Assembly (NCBI RefSeq): GCF_000143415.4
Contig: NW_003314293.1
Coordinates: forward strand, 1,741,610-1,805,609
Reading direction: 5' to 3'
DNA: 64,000 nucleotides
Source of the DNA: Selaginella moellendorffii
Lineage: Eukaryota > Plantae > Lycopodiophyta
Below are positions 26,650-38,164 of this stretch, piece by piece. A program made the translations under genes and the position numbers. Under the pieces are notes generated by a model. It was given only the letters and a program-made list of their open reading frames with translations, searched no databases and was not told where the DNA came from. Each line of letters begins with the position of its first letter. The stretch's first letter is position 1.

Positions 26650-28170
26650 CTCTGTCTGCGAAACCCACCACATTTTCGCCTTGAGTCCATCATGGCCAAC
26701 CCACCATTACCTGCAGATGCAACAACTTCAATAACCGATGGAGGCAATGAAAACTCAGGGCTTGGTATGCAGCCTACCCCCAGCTGAAACACATCCTCAG
26801 AGCGATCCAAGCCTTGCATGGGCTCCATCCAGTGACCTCAGAGTGGAGCCAACTACTACCTTTCCATTGGGGAGACATGCAAGCAAGTAGGAGTTTGTCC
26901 CTGTGCTCCCAAAGACTTGATACAGGGAGGTTGAAACTTCACTCTATGGTGCAAAGCATTAAGGTGCCAAACAACATCACATGGGAGGAAGTTTTCACCT
27001 CATTGCTTCGCATGCATCAAAGCAGTGTGAATCTGAATACAAATGGCTGCAATATCTAGATCCTCATCCAGCTGATCTGTGCAATTGGCGTGAAGATCCT
27101 GTGATGTCCCAACAATTGTAGTGGGATCCACTTCCTAAAAGGAGATATGGTAGGAAGGTAAACAAAGTTGCATGGGGAGAATTGCTTTCAAACTACACAC
27201 CAATTGGAATGGAGGGAGCTTCTTTGTTGTCCGAGTTTTTGAAGGTGATCCATTATGTTAAATTAGTGATGGTATTTTAGTTCTTTGAGAGTTTGCTCAT
27301 TGAAGTTTTGAAAAAGTTGTAACATTCATTCACTATAACATATCCATTAACACTTAGAATAAATTGTTGGATAGATAAGAATCAATCTTTACTACAGTCT
27401 AGCAAGTAGCAAGAATTTAAATATGACTTTTATGCTATTATTATTGAAAGTTTTACTTTGCTAATCCTCACAATGCTTGTCCTATATGGTCAGAAAGGGA
27501 TTTAGTGGGGACCAGAAAAGAGATATTGAGGAAAGCTATTCCCCATGTCTGTGGGCATCCAAAAGATGTTAAGGAGTGGATCCTATTACAAGAAGAACAG
27601 CAAACTAATAGGGGAAAAAATCCAAGGATGAAGAAATGTCATGCAGAATCAGAAAACATTCTTCTACCATTGCCACATGTTGATCTGATGTTTTTGTTAT
27701 TGTACATACTTGCTACATTAGAAGCTTCAGAATCCTTAAATGGTGCTTGCAGTGATTCCCATTACTCGAGATCCAGATGCCAAGCAAAACACAAGATGTA
27801 GAAAATAATTTCCAGCCACTTAGAAGTATATACTTCACTGCTTTGGCAATTGCAGAAGTGGTACAATTCACAACTTATGCCAGTGCCAGAGGCTGCGAGC
27901 AATGCAAAATGCTGAAATAGCACAGCAAAAATAGTCTACTTCGAGCAGTACAGAGTCAAAAGATATATTGTGACCTTTTACCAAAATGTAACTCCTCTTT
28001 TTTCTTACTCTTTTGGTTGGGCTTAAACTTTATATGGCTTTTCATGTTGTGCATGTGAACTCAGAGGAAAGCTGATACTAGATGGGACGAAAATTTTAAT
28101 GATGAAAGAGTAAATTGAAATTACTATATTTTGACAGACCCCGCCTGGGAAAAAGGTGTTCTAGGGTTTA

Positions 28171-30931
28171 ATGGAGAGCGTCTGCGATGACGGCGAGGAG
28201 CGCTTGCGGGATCTTTGCGGGCCTGACTATGAGCGCCTTCAGCGGCAAGGCTATTCGGCCTCCAGGTTGTGGACGGCCGATGTAGATGAGGTTTTGCCCT
28301 TGTTTCCAGGAAATCTTGATCTCGCATGCCGGATATATGCGCTGTTCAACTGTAAGTTCTTTCGCTGTTCCTTTAGGCTACTGTTCTTTTTGCATTTCCT
28401 GTGCAGTAGCGGCTCGCTCCGACACGATAAGCGACCTAGTGGCAAAGAAAGAAACACGAGACCCCAAGCTGCTACAGTGGATAAAGGAGAGGTTGGAGTA
28501 TGTTTCGTGCGAGTGGCTGCGTCAATGTGAAAGGCTCCTCATGCAGAAGCCGATAGGTGAAAGTTCAGTGTTCTTGTCTGGTGCTCGAGTATTCTTTTGC
28601 TTGTGCCTGTGCAGAGAACACTAGGCCTGATCGTGATCGTTTGTGGCACGAGATTAATACGGAAGTGGCGATGAAATCGTTACGGAGGGAGTACGTTGGG
28701 GAGGCCCATAAGATATTGTACAAGGAGCTGTGTAAGTTGAGGAACGAATGCTCAAAGAGTAAGTCTTGAATTCTTCTGTTATTGTGGCTTATAGCACTGG
28801 CTATTGTGTAGACCAGCACTACAGCTGCTATACCTCCATAGTACAGGGTTCTGGCACGGGGAAAACACGCGGGGTGATGCAGATGTCGCGCCTGGGAGTG
28901 TATATTTGCTATTGCAGCACGGCGGCAGCAAACAGTAGCGCCTGTCCTCCTCGAACTGGGGAGCTTGCCAACCAGCTCAGCCGAACGAACAGCGAGTTGG
29001 AGATGGCGCTATACTTCAAAGCGTGGCTTTTTGTCCTCCATGAGATGGTGAAGGGTGCGAAGATGAGCTCAGTGCAGTGGATGGATTCACAGATGCATTC
29101 GTCCAGTATTGCGGAGGCCGTGCACAAGAAATGGCTTGAGTTGATCAACAGCACAGCTGTAGAGAAAATTAGTGAGTCACCGGATGACAGGAACGAGAAA
29201 CTACTCCAGCGAGAGTTTGAAAACTTGAAGGATGTACTGCCGGAAGAGGGGGAGGTGCAGGTGCTTTTTGTTTTTGATGAAGGTCGCGGTCTCTTACCGA
29301 ATGGGGAAAGCACCTTCAGTATGGCACAATCGCCGTTTTACCAGATGAGGCGAGTGGCGAGAGCTTTCTTCACACACAAGAAATACTTTGCAGTTGTCAT
29401 TGATACGATGTGGAGTATCAGTAATCTGCAGCACGAGGACCAGTCGAGGGAAGCTAATATCCTGGGACGGCACGAGGACCAGTCGAGGAAAGGTAATATC
29501 CTGGGTTTGCGGCTTTTAAGGCCTATTCATCAGGTGGTGAATATGGACCTTGTTCCTCGGACTACGGATTTGTCTCCAGCTCAGTTGTTCAGGTATGGAA
29601 GGCCCCTATGGAGTAGCCGCCTTGACAGCAATCCAAATGTGTGGAGCCTCCTCGATCTTGCGGAAGCCAAGCTGGTTGGGGTGCTGCACGGGGACTTTCA
29701 GGGGCAAGCTGTGGACGTTTGTGGTTCTACCGGAAAGGTACAGATGGCTGAGAGCCAAGCGTTGGCCTTGCTTTCAGCATCAGCGGGCCTGGAGATATGC
29801 CCGCGGAGTGCGCAAAGCCAGCTTCTTGTCGCTTCTCACATGAGTATCCTTACGTTCATCTCCCTCGATCGTACGAGAGTGCATATCAGTCAGCCCGTGG
29901 AGCCCGTTGTGAGTGAAGCGGCCGCTAGGATTCTCAACCGCAAGAGTGGCGAGCCTCTAGAAGTTGCTCTAGGGCTGTTCCTGAACGGCTGCTACAATGG
30001 GTATGTGGATGCTGGACATCGGGGGGAATTCATAGTGAAGCTCATCTTGCTGCAAGCTTGTTGGAGCTTGTACAAGGGTGAATACTACCTACGCCGCATT
30101 CCTCTCCGGGATTATATCGGACGATTGCTGGGCTGGGAGGAGGCACAGGTTGACGAGGCATGCAGCGGCCTGGATGAATCCGCTGCCGTCTTTTTTAACA
30201 GTTTTATGCTGGTTATGCAGGGGCAGTTGACACCCGAGATATTGGCAGCTGCGTTCATGAGAGGCTGTGCAATCATGTACAAAGCCAACAATAACGTCCG
30301 AGGTTATGACATTGTTATTCCGGTCTGGACTTCCTTGGGGATGACTGCGCTGCTCGTTTCGGGTTGAGAACAGTAGAAAGTGTGGGTGGCTCAACAAAGC
30401 TTCTACGACTGTGTTGAGGCCGAGGCTCATGCAAGTCTCAGGAATCGAAATCAAAGTGGTGACGGTCCTCATTAATGTCCAAGAACCAAAACATAAAGAG
30501 CCAGTGCCAACAAAGTTATGGAAGAAGGATGAGATGCATAAGTCTTACTTGCAGGGTGACGAAGCTTATGGCAAGAAAACGGAGCCTGTTGTGCACATAA
30601 CAGTTTATGGTCTCGAACGCAACTTTCGTTTCCTTGGCGCTGAGACGAAGAGACTTCTAGCTGAAGTTTCAATTGCAGTGCCGGATACGGAGGTGGAGGC
30701 TGGAAAGCAATCAGAGGAAGCGAAATCATGGCTCCATTTGCTGCTTCCTGACACGTATAAGCTTCCAATTCCAAACGTCTCTGACATTAAGGAGCTTGGT
30801 AAGACACATTCGTGATACGCTATTCCCATGATATCATGATGTTTACAGGTGATCCGCGACAGAAGCGCCCAATAGATGCCACAGAAAAGTTTGCGGATGA
30901 TTTGCGACAGAAACGCCCAAAAGTTGCCTGA
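28171..30931 (+). pseudogene. CR/Crinkler-like header-NTPase-REase gene, copy 1 (frameshifted)
   Basis: Exons 28171-28351, 28407-28556, 28615-28758, 28812-30798, 30849-30931. Walker A GSGTGKT, Walker B VLFVFDE. Extra G at ~30361 (TCGGGTTG vs TCGGTTG in copy 2). 39-nt internal duplication (HEDQSR..NILG x2). Confidence 0.82.
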
Positions 30932-33900
30932 GAAAAGCAAGATCGTGGCCAGTAACTAAGCATGTAGTCCTTTAAGGCTGCAGGGTAGTATTTAAGCTTC
31001 CACTTTGAATTTCTGAAATTTTAAGTGAGTTTCTTGAGGCGTGGGTAATGGTTAAGAGAGAGAGATAAGGTTGTATAAGAGGAAATAGCATAGATTCACT
31101 TCCCATTAATTAGTGACTATTTAAAATATAATATATTTTTGAGTAAGATATATACTATAGGATTTTAGTATGTGGTTTACACAACAGAAGGATTTGTATA
31201 TTTAGTGCAGAAATGGGCTAATTCTAAAAGCATGAAGCAACATTAAAACAATCCTAAATCAAATATAGATATATTTCACACTTCACTTCTCAAATTTTTT
31301 GAAAAGTTTTATCTCATGAACAAACTACAAAAGATGAAGCACAAAGTTTTGTTTTTAAATGCATATGACTACCTGTGAATTCTATGATCTTTACCTTTGT
31401 GTCATGAGTATATTGTAAACAACTAAAAGAAACAACTTGATAAATAATCTATAAAAGGAGCATATGAAAAAAAATGCATCCCTTTTTCAATTGGTTAAGG
31501 GTATTGGGATATTTAAGGTTAAGTTTTGTTTAGTTTGAGTAGTACTACGCTACGTGACCTCATGAGAAGTTTAAATTCAAAAGTTTATATTTAACATAAA
31601 AAAAGTTTCAGATCCAACTCTTTTGGTTAGCTAAGGGAATCACACCACATGTTGAGATTGATATTAGCAGATTTAATTTGTCTCCATCTAGGCTCGACCC
31701 AAGGGGGTGTCAAGTAGGGAGAGTTATAGCTCTTAACTTTTATTCACTAAGGCATGAACTTATAGAGAAGCATGATAAATTGTAAATAACCAAAAAGAAC
31801 GATTTGAAAAATAATTTATAAGGGTTTAAATATAAAGGGATATGACTCATAAAGAAGAGTGCACCCCTTTTTCCAATCGATTATTTGGGATTTTAGGGTT
31901 TAAGTAGTATTGGGCTATGTAACTTGTAATGAGTTATTAAATGTATAATGTTTTATTAAAGGTTTGAACTCAATGGAGGTGAGTAGTTTAAAGAGGATTT
32001 GAAGCTAGAAGAATGAAGATGGTAATAAGGTCAAAAACCTTTGTTTAGACTATAAAGCAAAGGGTAATTGTTTTCATTACTACAAAGTTAAATATTAATG
32101 CAAGGATTTTCATTTTGTGAAGAGTTTAGAGAATGCTAAAATGAATATGGTGGAATCCATTGTATATAATCATGTGGTAAAGGTTCAAAAACCAAAGTCT
32201 TAAGTTCATAACAACTCTATAGAACTTAATGATTCTATGTACAATCAACTTGTGAAGGCCAAGAAGAACATTCAAGGTAGTGATATTAGGATTGTTTTTA
32301 ATCCAAATATTATATACAACGTTTTGAGCTCTAATGTGGTAAAAAAAAACTTGGTTTATGTATGAAAAAGAGCTTGGTAATCTATGAGGTGGTTATAGTT
32401 GATAGATATTACATTTATAGTGAATTAACTTTGAATGTTCTTTGACAATTTAAAGGATCTTGACCATCCTTTATTTTGGTTCTAAATGTATTGTAAAGAT
32501 AGTGGTTGAAAGCATAGCCAACCACTTAAAATATTAAGTTAACTCTTATTGGGTTGTATGGCTTTTTGTTTAGTGTCAAGTTTGGATTTAAGCCCAAGCT
32601 CCTAAATATATTGTAGAGATAGTGGTTGGAAGCATAACCAACCATTTAAGATATTAAGTTAACTCTTATTGAGCTGTATGTTTTAATGTCAAAGTTTGGG
32701 TTTAAACCATATTGTCCTAGTTAATGAGGTATTGGTATGCTTAAATTGTGCTAAATTCCATGTAATATTGTTTTATATATAAACTGTATATAAGGAGCTA
32801 GTGATCATAGAGGATTTTAAGTATGTACTAAACTTTTATTTTATAGTGCAACGGGCTCAGATTTATAAGCAAGTAAAAAGCAACAGACATTACTTTTGTT
32901 TTTTGAAAAACTTCTTGGCACGCAGGATAGAGGAGAAGGAGAACGCTCAAAAGGATGAGAGGTATTCATATGCTTCGCCACATGAATACCAGCACTTGCT
33001 CTCGCCACACTACGCTTGGTCACCAGCAGTTTGCTATAGCCAGCTATGGAAGGCCAAGAACAAGCTCCGGCTACCGAATTCTGGATGCTCCAAATGGCTA
33101 TCAGCTCAATGCGCTACTTGGGCTGCCTCGCCTCCACCGGGTCCTTCAAACGACGACGAAGATACTATTGCCGACGCTGTGCAGCGGAGATGTTAGCTTT
33201 ACTGGGTGGAAGTGAGGCGGAAAAATCAGTGACAGAATCTCAAGCTCAGGAGCTTCTGTCGTCCATTCGCTTTCTAGTTCCACCAACGCTGAGAAGCTCG
33301 TCATACTGGTCCACGGGAGTTCTCGAGTAGAAAAGCCAGATTCCAAGGAGCAAATGTGGAGGTTGATAAGGGAACCTCCGGCTTCTGTTGCGAACTTAGC
33401 CAGGAAATCCGTGGAATGGGCTGGGGAGCCTGACGCTATACTAGCGGAGCTGGATTCGGCACTTCACAAGGTAGAAGTTGGTATTTTCCCTTTGAAACTT
33501 CAGCTGAAATTTTCACCAGGTCCCCGATGTTGAGAATTCGAACGCTAGCAAGTGCGTGCTTACCAAGCACGATTGTGCCAAGCGTTTTGTTGATCAGGTT
33601 CGTTGAAGATACAGCGCGCTCTTAACTATGTGTGGCTTGCAGTAAATCAACTCGTACATGGCATTCTTATTTGAAGCAATTTTTGCTCTAGCTCCCTTGG
33701 CAGGTTTTAACGTTCCTGTAAACCGCTATGATCTTTTCCATGGCCACATTGTTGAGAGTGGCCCTGTGCCACGTGGCTAGTCCACGTGGAGAGACACGAG
33801 TCTTCATGTCACACAGATGTACATTTTCCATTCCATATATACTATGACGGATCTTGAGCACCATCACACGGTTTCACCTTTCGTTAGATGGTATCGGAGC

Positions 33901-34058
33901 AATGCCTGGGAGAGCGAGAAGAATTCGAAACCGTAGGATCAGGGCGACACTTGCTAGGGTGAATCGGAGCCTCCGTCTACGTAGACAGAGGCGTGCCCTA
34001 ATCCAAACGCTCCAGGCCTTGCAAGAGGCACTGGACGACTAAGAACCTGGACCTAGAC

Positions 34059-36314
34059 TTGAATGAGTGGTGGGATTGGGTGTCGGCACCCATGGCAGCC
34101 ACTGTTCCTACAAATCCGCCTCCAAATCCACCACCTATTTCCCCTCCCATCACAAATCCGACTGTGCCTACAGCGGATATCGTTTCAGTGGACGCAAATC
34201 CACCAAAATTTGATGGGAGGAACTGGCGCTTCTGGAAGACAAAATTCGAATCCTGTATGGATGAACGAGGCCTCTGGGACATCACCACAGGAACTGAGAC
34301 ACTTCCAGATACAGCTACAGTGGATGAAACTGCGAAGTATCGCAAGAAGGACCGGAGAGCTTTGGGCAAATTCCATGCAGCGCTGGAGGGGCGAGAATTC
34401 CATTGCATTGGACGGTGCAAGAGTGCAAAGGAAGCGTGGGAGGCCATGAAGCAGACTTACCAGATCCCTTCAACATCCCATCGCATATTTTTACGGAAGC
34501 AGCTTCATGCATTGGTGATGGCTGAAGGGGATGACCTCAAGGATCATCTTGCTGGTGTGAGAACCATCTTAGATGATCTTAAGGATGTGGGAGCAAACAT
34601 AGAGGATGAAGAAGAAGCAGAGCTGGTGCTCGTCACACTTCCTCCATCCTTTGATCCTCTCATACGTAGCCTCACTACCACTGGAACTCCTCTAACCCTG
34701 AATGGCGTGATCAGTAGCCTCCAGGACGATGATCTGAGACGAAGAGCAACAACAGGATCAGAGGCCGTTGCATTCTACTCTTCTCTCAGGAAAGAAACAG
34801 TGAACAAAGGGAAACAAGGAGCCTCTTCATCCAAGAAGCCCAAGTGTTCTCATTGCAACAAGAAAGGCCATGACGAAGCTCAATGCTGGGTGAAAAATCC
34901 ATCTCTCAAGCCTGTAAGGAACAATGCAAAGAAAAAGGTGGTACACGCCTTCATCTTGTCACGAGCTATGGCTGTGGCAGCACTGTCTGCAGAGTGCATC
35001 TACCTGGATTCTGCTGCTACAGACCATATGTTCAACAGTGATAAGTACTTTGAAGCCTATGTTCCTACAGCCACAGAGGAGTATGTCATCGTTGGCAATG
35101 CCCAGCAGCTTGCTGTGAAAGGAGTTGGAACCATCAAGTTCACTTTACCACAAGGAATAGTCGTAAAGATCCACGAGGTTCTTTATATTCCTGGTTTATG
35201 TGCTAATTTGTTCTCTGTGGGACAATTTGCTGAGGATGGGTATCAGTTCGCCATTACACCTCGCCAATTCCAGCTGATCTCGACCACAGGAGCCATCCTC
35301 ACAGCGTCCCGGCCTGGACGGCGTGACCTCTACCGCCTTACCATGCTGCCAGATCTTGCTGGACGGAGTCTGGGCCTACACGCACAAAAGACAACGACCA
35401 GTCACTCACTGGAGCTTTGGCACGCACGCCTGGGGCATCCTAGTGCTGATAGAATCAAGCAGCTCGCACGCGAGCAGATGGTTGAATGTCTAGACCTGGA
35501 CCCAAGAGCCGTTCTTCCATTTTGTCAGGGCTGTCAGCTAGGAAAATCTACTCGCCAACCTTTCCCCAAGACTGGAGCATCTCGAGCTACAGAGCTCATG
35601 GAACTTGTACACACTGATGTGTGTGGCCCGATGGCCACCACAGCAGTGGGAGGTATCCAATACTTTATCAGTTTCATTGATGACTACAGTCGTCGCACTA
35701 TGATCGACCCTATGGCTCGCAAATCCCAATCGTTACACTACTTCCAGACTTTCAAGGATATGGGAGAAACACAAACTGGGAAAATGCTCAAGCGATTGAG
35801 AAGTGATGGTGGAGGCGAATTCACTTCCAATGCTTTCAACCAGCTGTGTGAGCAAGGAGGGATTGTGCGAGAACTTACAACGCGAGAGACTCCACAACAG
35901 AATGGCGTAGCTGAGCGCAAGAATCGCACACTAGTGGAGAGTGCTCGGGCAATGCTACTTTCCAGTGGTTTGCCTCGCAGCTTCTGGTTTCACGCTGTCT
36001 TGACGGCGAACTATCTCCAGAACCGGCTCCCCACCTCTGCCCTTGCTGACATCACTCCTGAAGAAGCATGGAGTGGCAAGAAACCTACAGTTACGCATCT
36101 GAGAATATTCGGGTGTGAAGCGTGGGCACACATCCCTGATGGAATGCGCAAGAAATTGGATCCCAAGAGCCAGAAGGCTGTGTTTGTGGGCTACAGCCTC
36201 GATCACAAAGCCTATCGTCTCTGGAATCCAATCACGAAGCAGGAGATCCTGAGCAGAGATGTGGTTTTCAACGAGAATTCGTTTCTTCCTCTAGTCAAGG
36301 TTCTCCTACCTTGA
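34059..36314 (+). CDS. Copia Gag-protease-integrase (frameshifted from RT at ~36290)
   Basis: PPKFDGRNWRFWK, CSHCNKKGHDEAQC knuckle, YLDSAATDHM protease, LWHARLGH..CQGC, VHTDVCGP, LRSDGGGEF, QQNGVAERKNR. First ATG is 34092. Confidence 0.9.
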   Translation: MNEWWDWVSAPMAATVPTNPPPNPPPISPPITNPTVPTADIVSVDANPPKFDGRNWRFWKTKFESCMDERGLWDITTGTETLPDTATVDETAKYRKKDRRALGKFHAALEGREFHCIGRCKSAKEAWEAMKQTYQIPSTSHRIFLRKQLHALVMAEGDDLKDHLAGVRTILDDLKDVGANIEDEEEAELVLVTLPPSFDPLIRSLTTTGTPLTLNGVISSLQDDDLRRRATTGSEAVAFYSSLRKETVNKGKQGASSSKKPKCSHCNKKGHDEAQCWVKNPSLKPVRNNAKKKVVHAFILSRAMAVAALSAECIYLDSAATDHMFNSDKYFEAYVPTATEEYVIVGNAQQLAVKGVGTIKFTLPQGIVVKIHEVLYIPGLCANLFSVGQFAEDGYQFAITPRQFQLISTTGAILTASRPGRRDLYRLTMLPDLAGRSLGLHAQKTTTSHSLELWHARLGHPSADRIKQLAREQMVECLDLDPRAVLPFCQGCQLGKSTRQPFPKTGASRATELMELVHTDVCGPMATTAVGGIQYFISFIDDYSRRTMIDPMARKSQSLHYFQTFKDMGETQTGKMLKRLRSDGGGEFTSNAFNQLCEQGGIVRELTTRETPQQNGVAERKNRTLVESARAMLLSSGLPRSFWFHAVLTANYLQNRLPTSALADITPEEAWSGKKPTVTHLRIFGCEAWAHIPDGMRKKLDPKSQKAVFVGYSLDHKAYRLWNPITKQEILSRDVVFNENSFLPLVKVLLP

Positions 36315-38164
36315 CCGAAGAAAATGACGTTGAAGCGGAACAAGATCAGTTGACTGTCGGCACGATCACTGTGCCGCTTCAAACAGTCCCTACACAACAA
36401 CCCATGCCCGCTTCTACTCCAACACCACCAACCCCGCCGCCTCCTCCAGATCCTCTATGCAGATCGATCCGCACAAGGCGGCCTACTGAGCGTCTCATCG
36501 AGACAATGGTCTCCTCTCGTGCAGCTGGGACTCCTACTGTTCTGAGAACCTATGGAGAAGCCATGGCCTCACAGGAAGCGTCTTACTGGCGTGTAGCAAT
36601 GGAAGCCGAGATTGCTTCACAGCAAAAGAACGAGACACATGTTCTTGTTCCAACTGTGCCTTCCAATCGCCAGATTATCAAGAGCATGTGGGTGTATGCT
36701 CTGAAGCTTAATCCTGATGGCTCGGTTCGCTACAAGGCGCGATTGGTGGTGAAAGGATGCTCGCAAGTTCCTGGACTTGACTACAACGACACCTCTGCTC
36801 CAGTGGTTAAGCATTCTACTCTTCGTTCCTTGATTAATTTTGCTGCGGTGGGAGACTTTGATCTGGAACAGATGGATGTGACCACGGCGTTTCTTTATGG
36901 CGCGCTTGAAGAAGAAATCTATATGGCACAGCCAGAAGGATTTCTAGCCGCTGGAAAAGAGGATCATCTCTGGCTTCTCAAGAAAGCTGTCTACGGCTTG
37001 AAACAAGCACCCAGATCTTGGTACAAATGCTTTTACGATTTTATACTAAGTGTGGGCTTTTCTCGTAGCGAGGCAGACCCGAATCTTTATATTCGGGTGG
37101 AGGGTGAATCATTTGTGATCATCGCTCTTTATGTTGATGATACTCTTGTTATCCATAATCATCGCTTAATGTTTCTCCAGGTTAAGCGAGATCTTTGCAG
37201 CCAATTTGAGATGAAAACTCTTGGCTCGGCTTCCTACTTTCTTGGCATGGAACTTGTGCGTGATCGCTCTCAACGCACTATCTATCTTCACCAAGCCAAG
37301 TATATAGAAGAGATGCTGGCCAGGTTTTCTATGACGAGCTCTAATCCAGTGGCGACACCAATGGAACTAGGCTGCCAGCTTTCACGAGCCATGTCTCCTG
37401 AGACAGAGGACGACAAGAGAGCCATGGACTCCATCCCTTACAGACAAGCTGTTGGCAGTCTCATGTATCCAGCTGTTTGTACGCGCCCAGATATTTCTTT
37501 TGCCGTGAGCAAAGTTAGCCAATTCCTGGCTAATCCTGGATCTCAACATTGGGCAGCGGTGAAACGCATCTTCAGGTACCTTCGAGGTACTACTTACCTT
37601 GGATTGTGCTACCAGGGAAAAGCGCTTACCCTCACGGGCTACTGTGATGCTGATTTTGGGGGAGACTGTGACACACGCAAGTCCACCTCTGGCTATTCGT
37701 TTTCCCTGGGCAGTGCGACAGTCTCGTGGTGCAGCAGGAAGCAAAGTACAGTGGCAACCTCTAGTACTGAAGCAGAATATTTGGCAGCCTCACAAGCTAC
37801 CAAAGAAGGTGTGTGGTTACGCTCACTACTTTCTCACCTTGGTGTGAGTGTGAAGACTCCCACTCGCCTCTTCTGTGACAATCAAAGCTGCATTGCATTA
37901 GCGGCCAATCCTCGCTTTCATTCACGCACCAAACACTTTGGGATTCATCATCATTTTGTTCGTGAGAAAGTGGAAGATGGCACAATTGAGCTGATCTACT
38001 GCAACACGACCACTCAGGTTGCAGACATCTTCACAAAAGCACTACCCCGAGATCGATTTCAAGTCCATCGCGAAGGGCTGGGACTTTCTCCACTGATGAG
38101 CATCACTCGTGATGGCCACAGTGCCAGTGGGAGTGTTGAGAGTGGCCCTGTGCCACGTGGCTAG
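36311..38164 (+). CDS. Copia reverse transcriptase-RNase H (reads into the 3' LTR)
   Basis: RYKARLVVKG, QMDVTTAFLYG, YGLKQAPRSW, LYVDD, GYCDADF, EAEY, CDNQS, ADIFTKAL. Confidence 0.93.
   Translation: MTEENDVEAEQDQLTVGTITVPLQTVPTQQPMPASTPTPPTPPPPPDPLCRSIRTRRPTERLIETMVSSRAAGTPTVLRTYGEAMASQEASYWRVAMEAEIASQQKNETHVLVPTVPSNRQIIKSMWVYALKLNPDGSVRYKARLVVKGCSQVPGLDYNDTSAPVVKHSTLRSLINFAAVGDFDLEQMDVTTAFLYGALEEEIYMAQPEGFLAAGKEDHLWLLKKAVYGLKQAPRSWYKCFYDFILSVGFSRSEADPNLYIRVEGESFVIIALYVDDTLVIHNHRLMFLQVKRDLCSQFEMKTLGSASYFLGMELVRDRSQRTIYLHQAKYIEEMLARFSMTSSNPVATPMELGCQLSRAMSPETEDDKRAMDSIPYRQAVGSLMYPAVCTRPDISFAVSKVSQFLANPGSQHWAAVKRIFRYLRGTTYLGLCYQGKALTLTGYCDADFGGDCDTRKSTSGYSFSLGSATVSWCSRKQSTVATSSTEAEYLAASQATKEGVWLRSLLSHLGVSVKTPTRLFCDNQSCIALAANPRFHSRTKHFGIHHHFVREKVEDGTIELIYCNTTTQVADIFTKALPRDRFQVHREGLGLSPLMSITRDGHSASGSVESGPVPRG

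Noticed and set aside
28766-28811. ORF-track starts of the 533-aa and 669-aa ORFs (MNSSVIVAY..)
   Set aside because: These non-ATG starts lie inside intron 3; the spliced model begins at 28171 / 41029.
36280-36320. Copia INT/RT frame break as an intron or programmed frameshift
   Set aside because: No convincing splice pair or slippery heptamer; a single-base indel or sequencing error is simpler.
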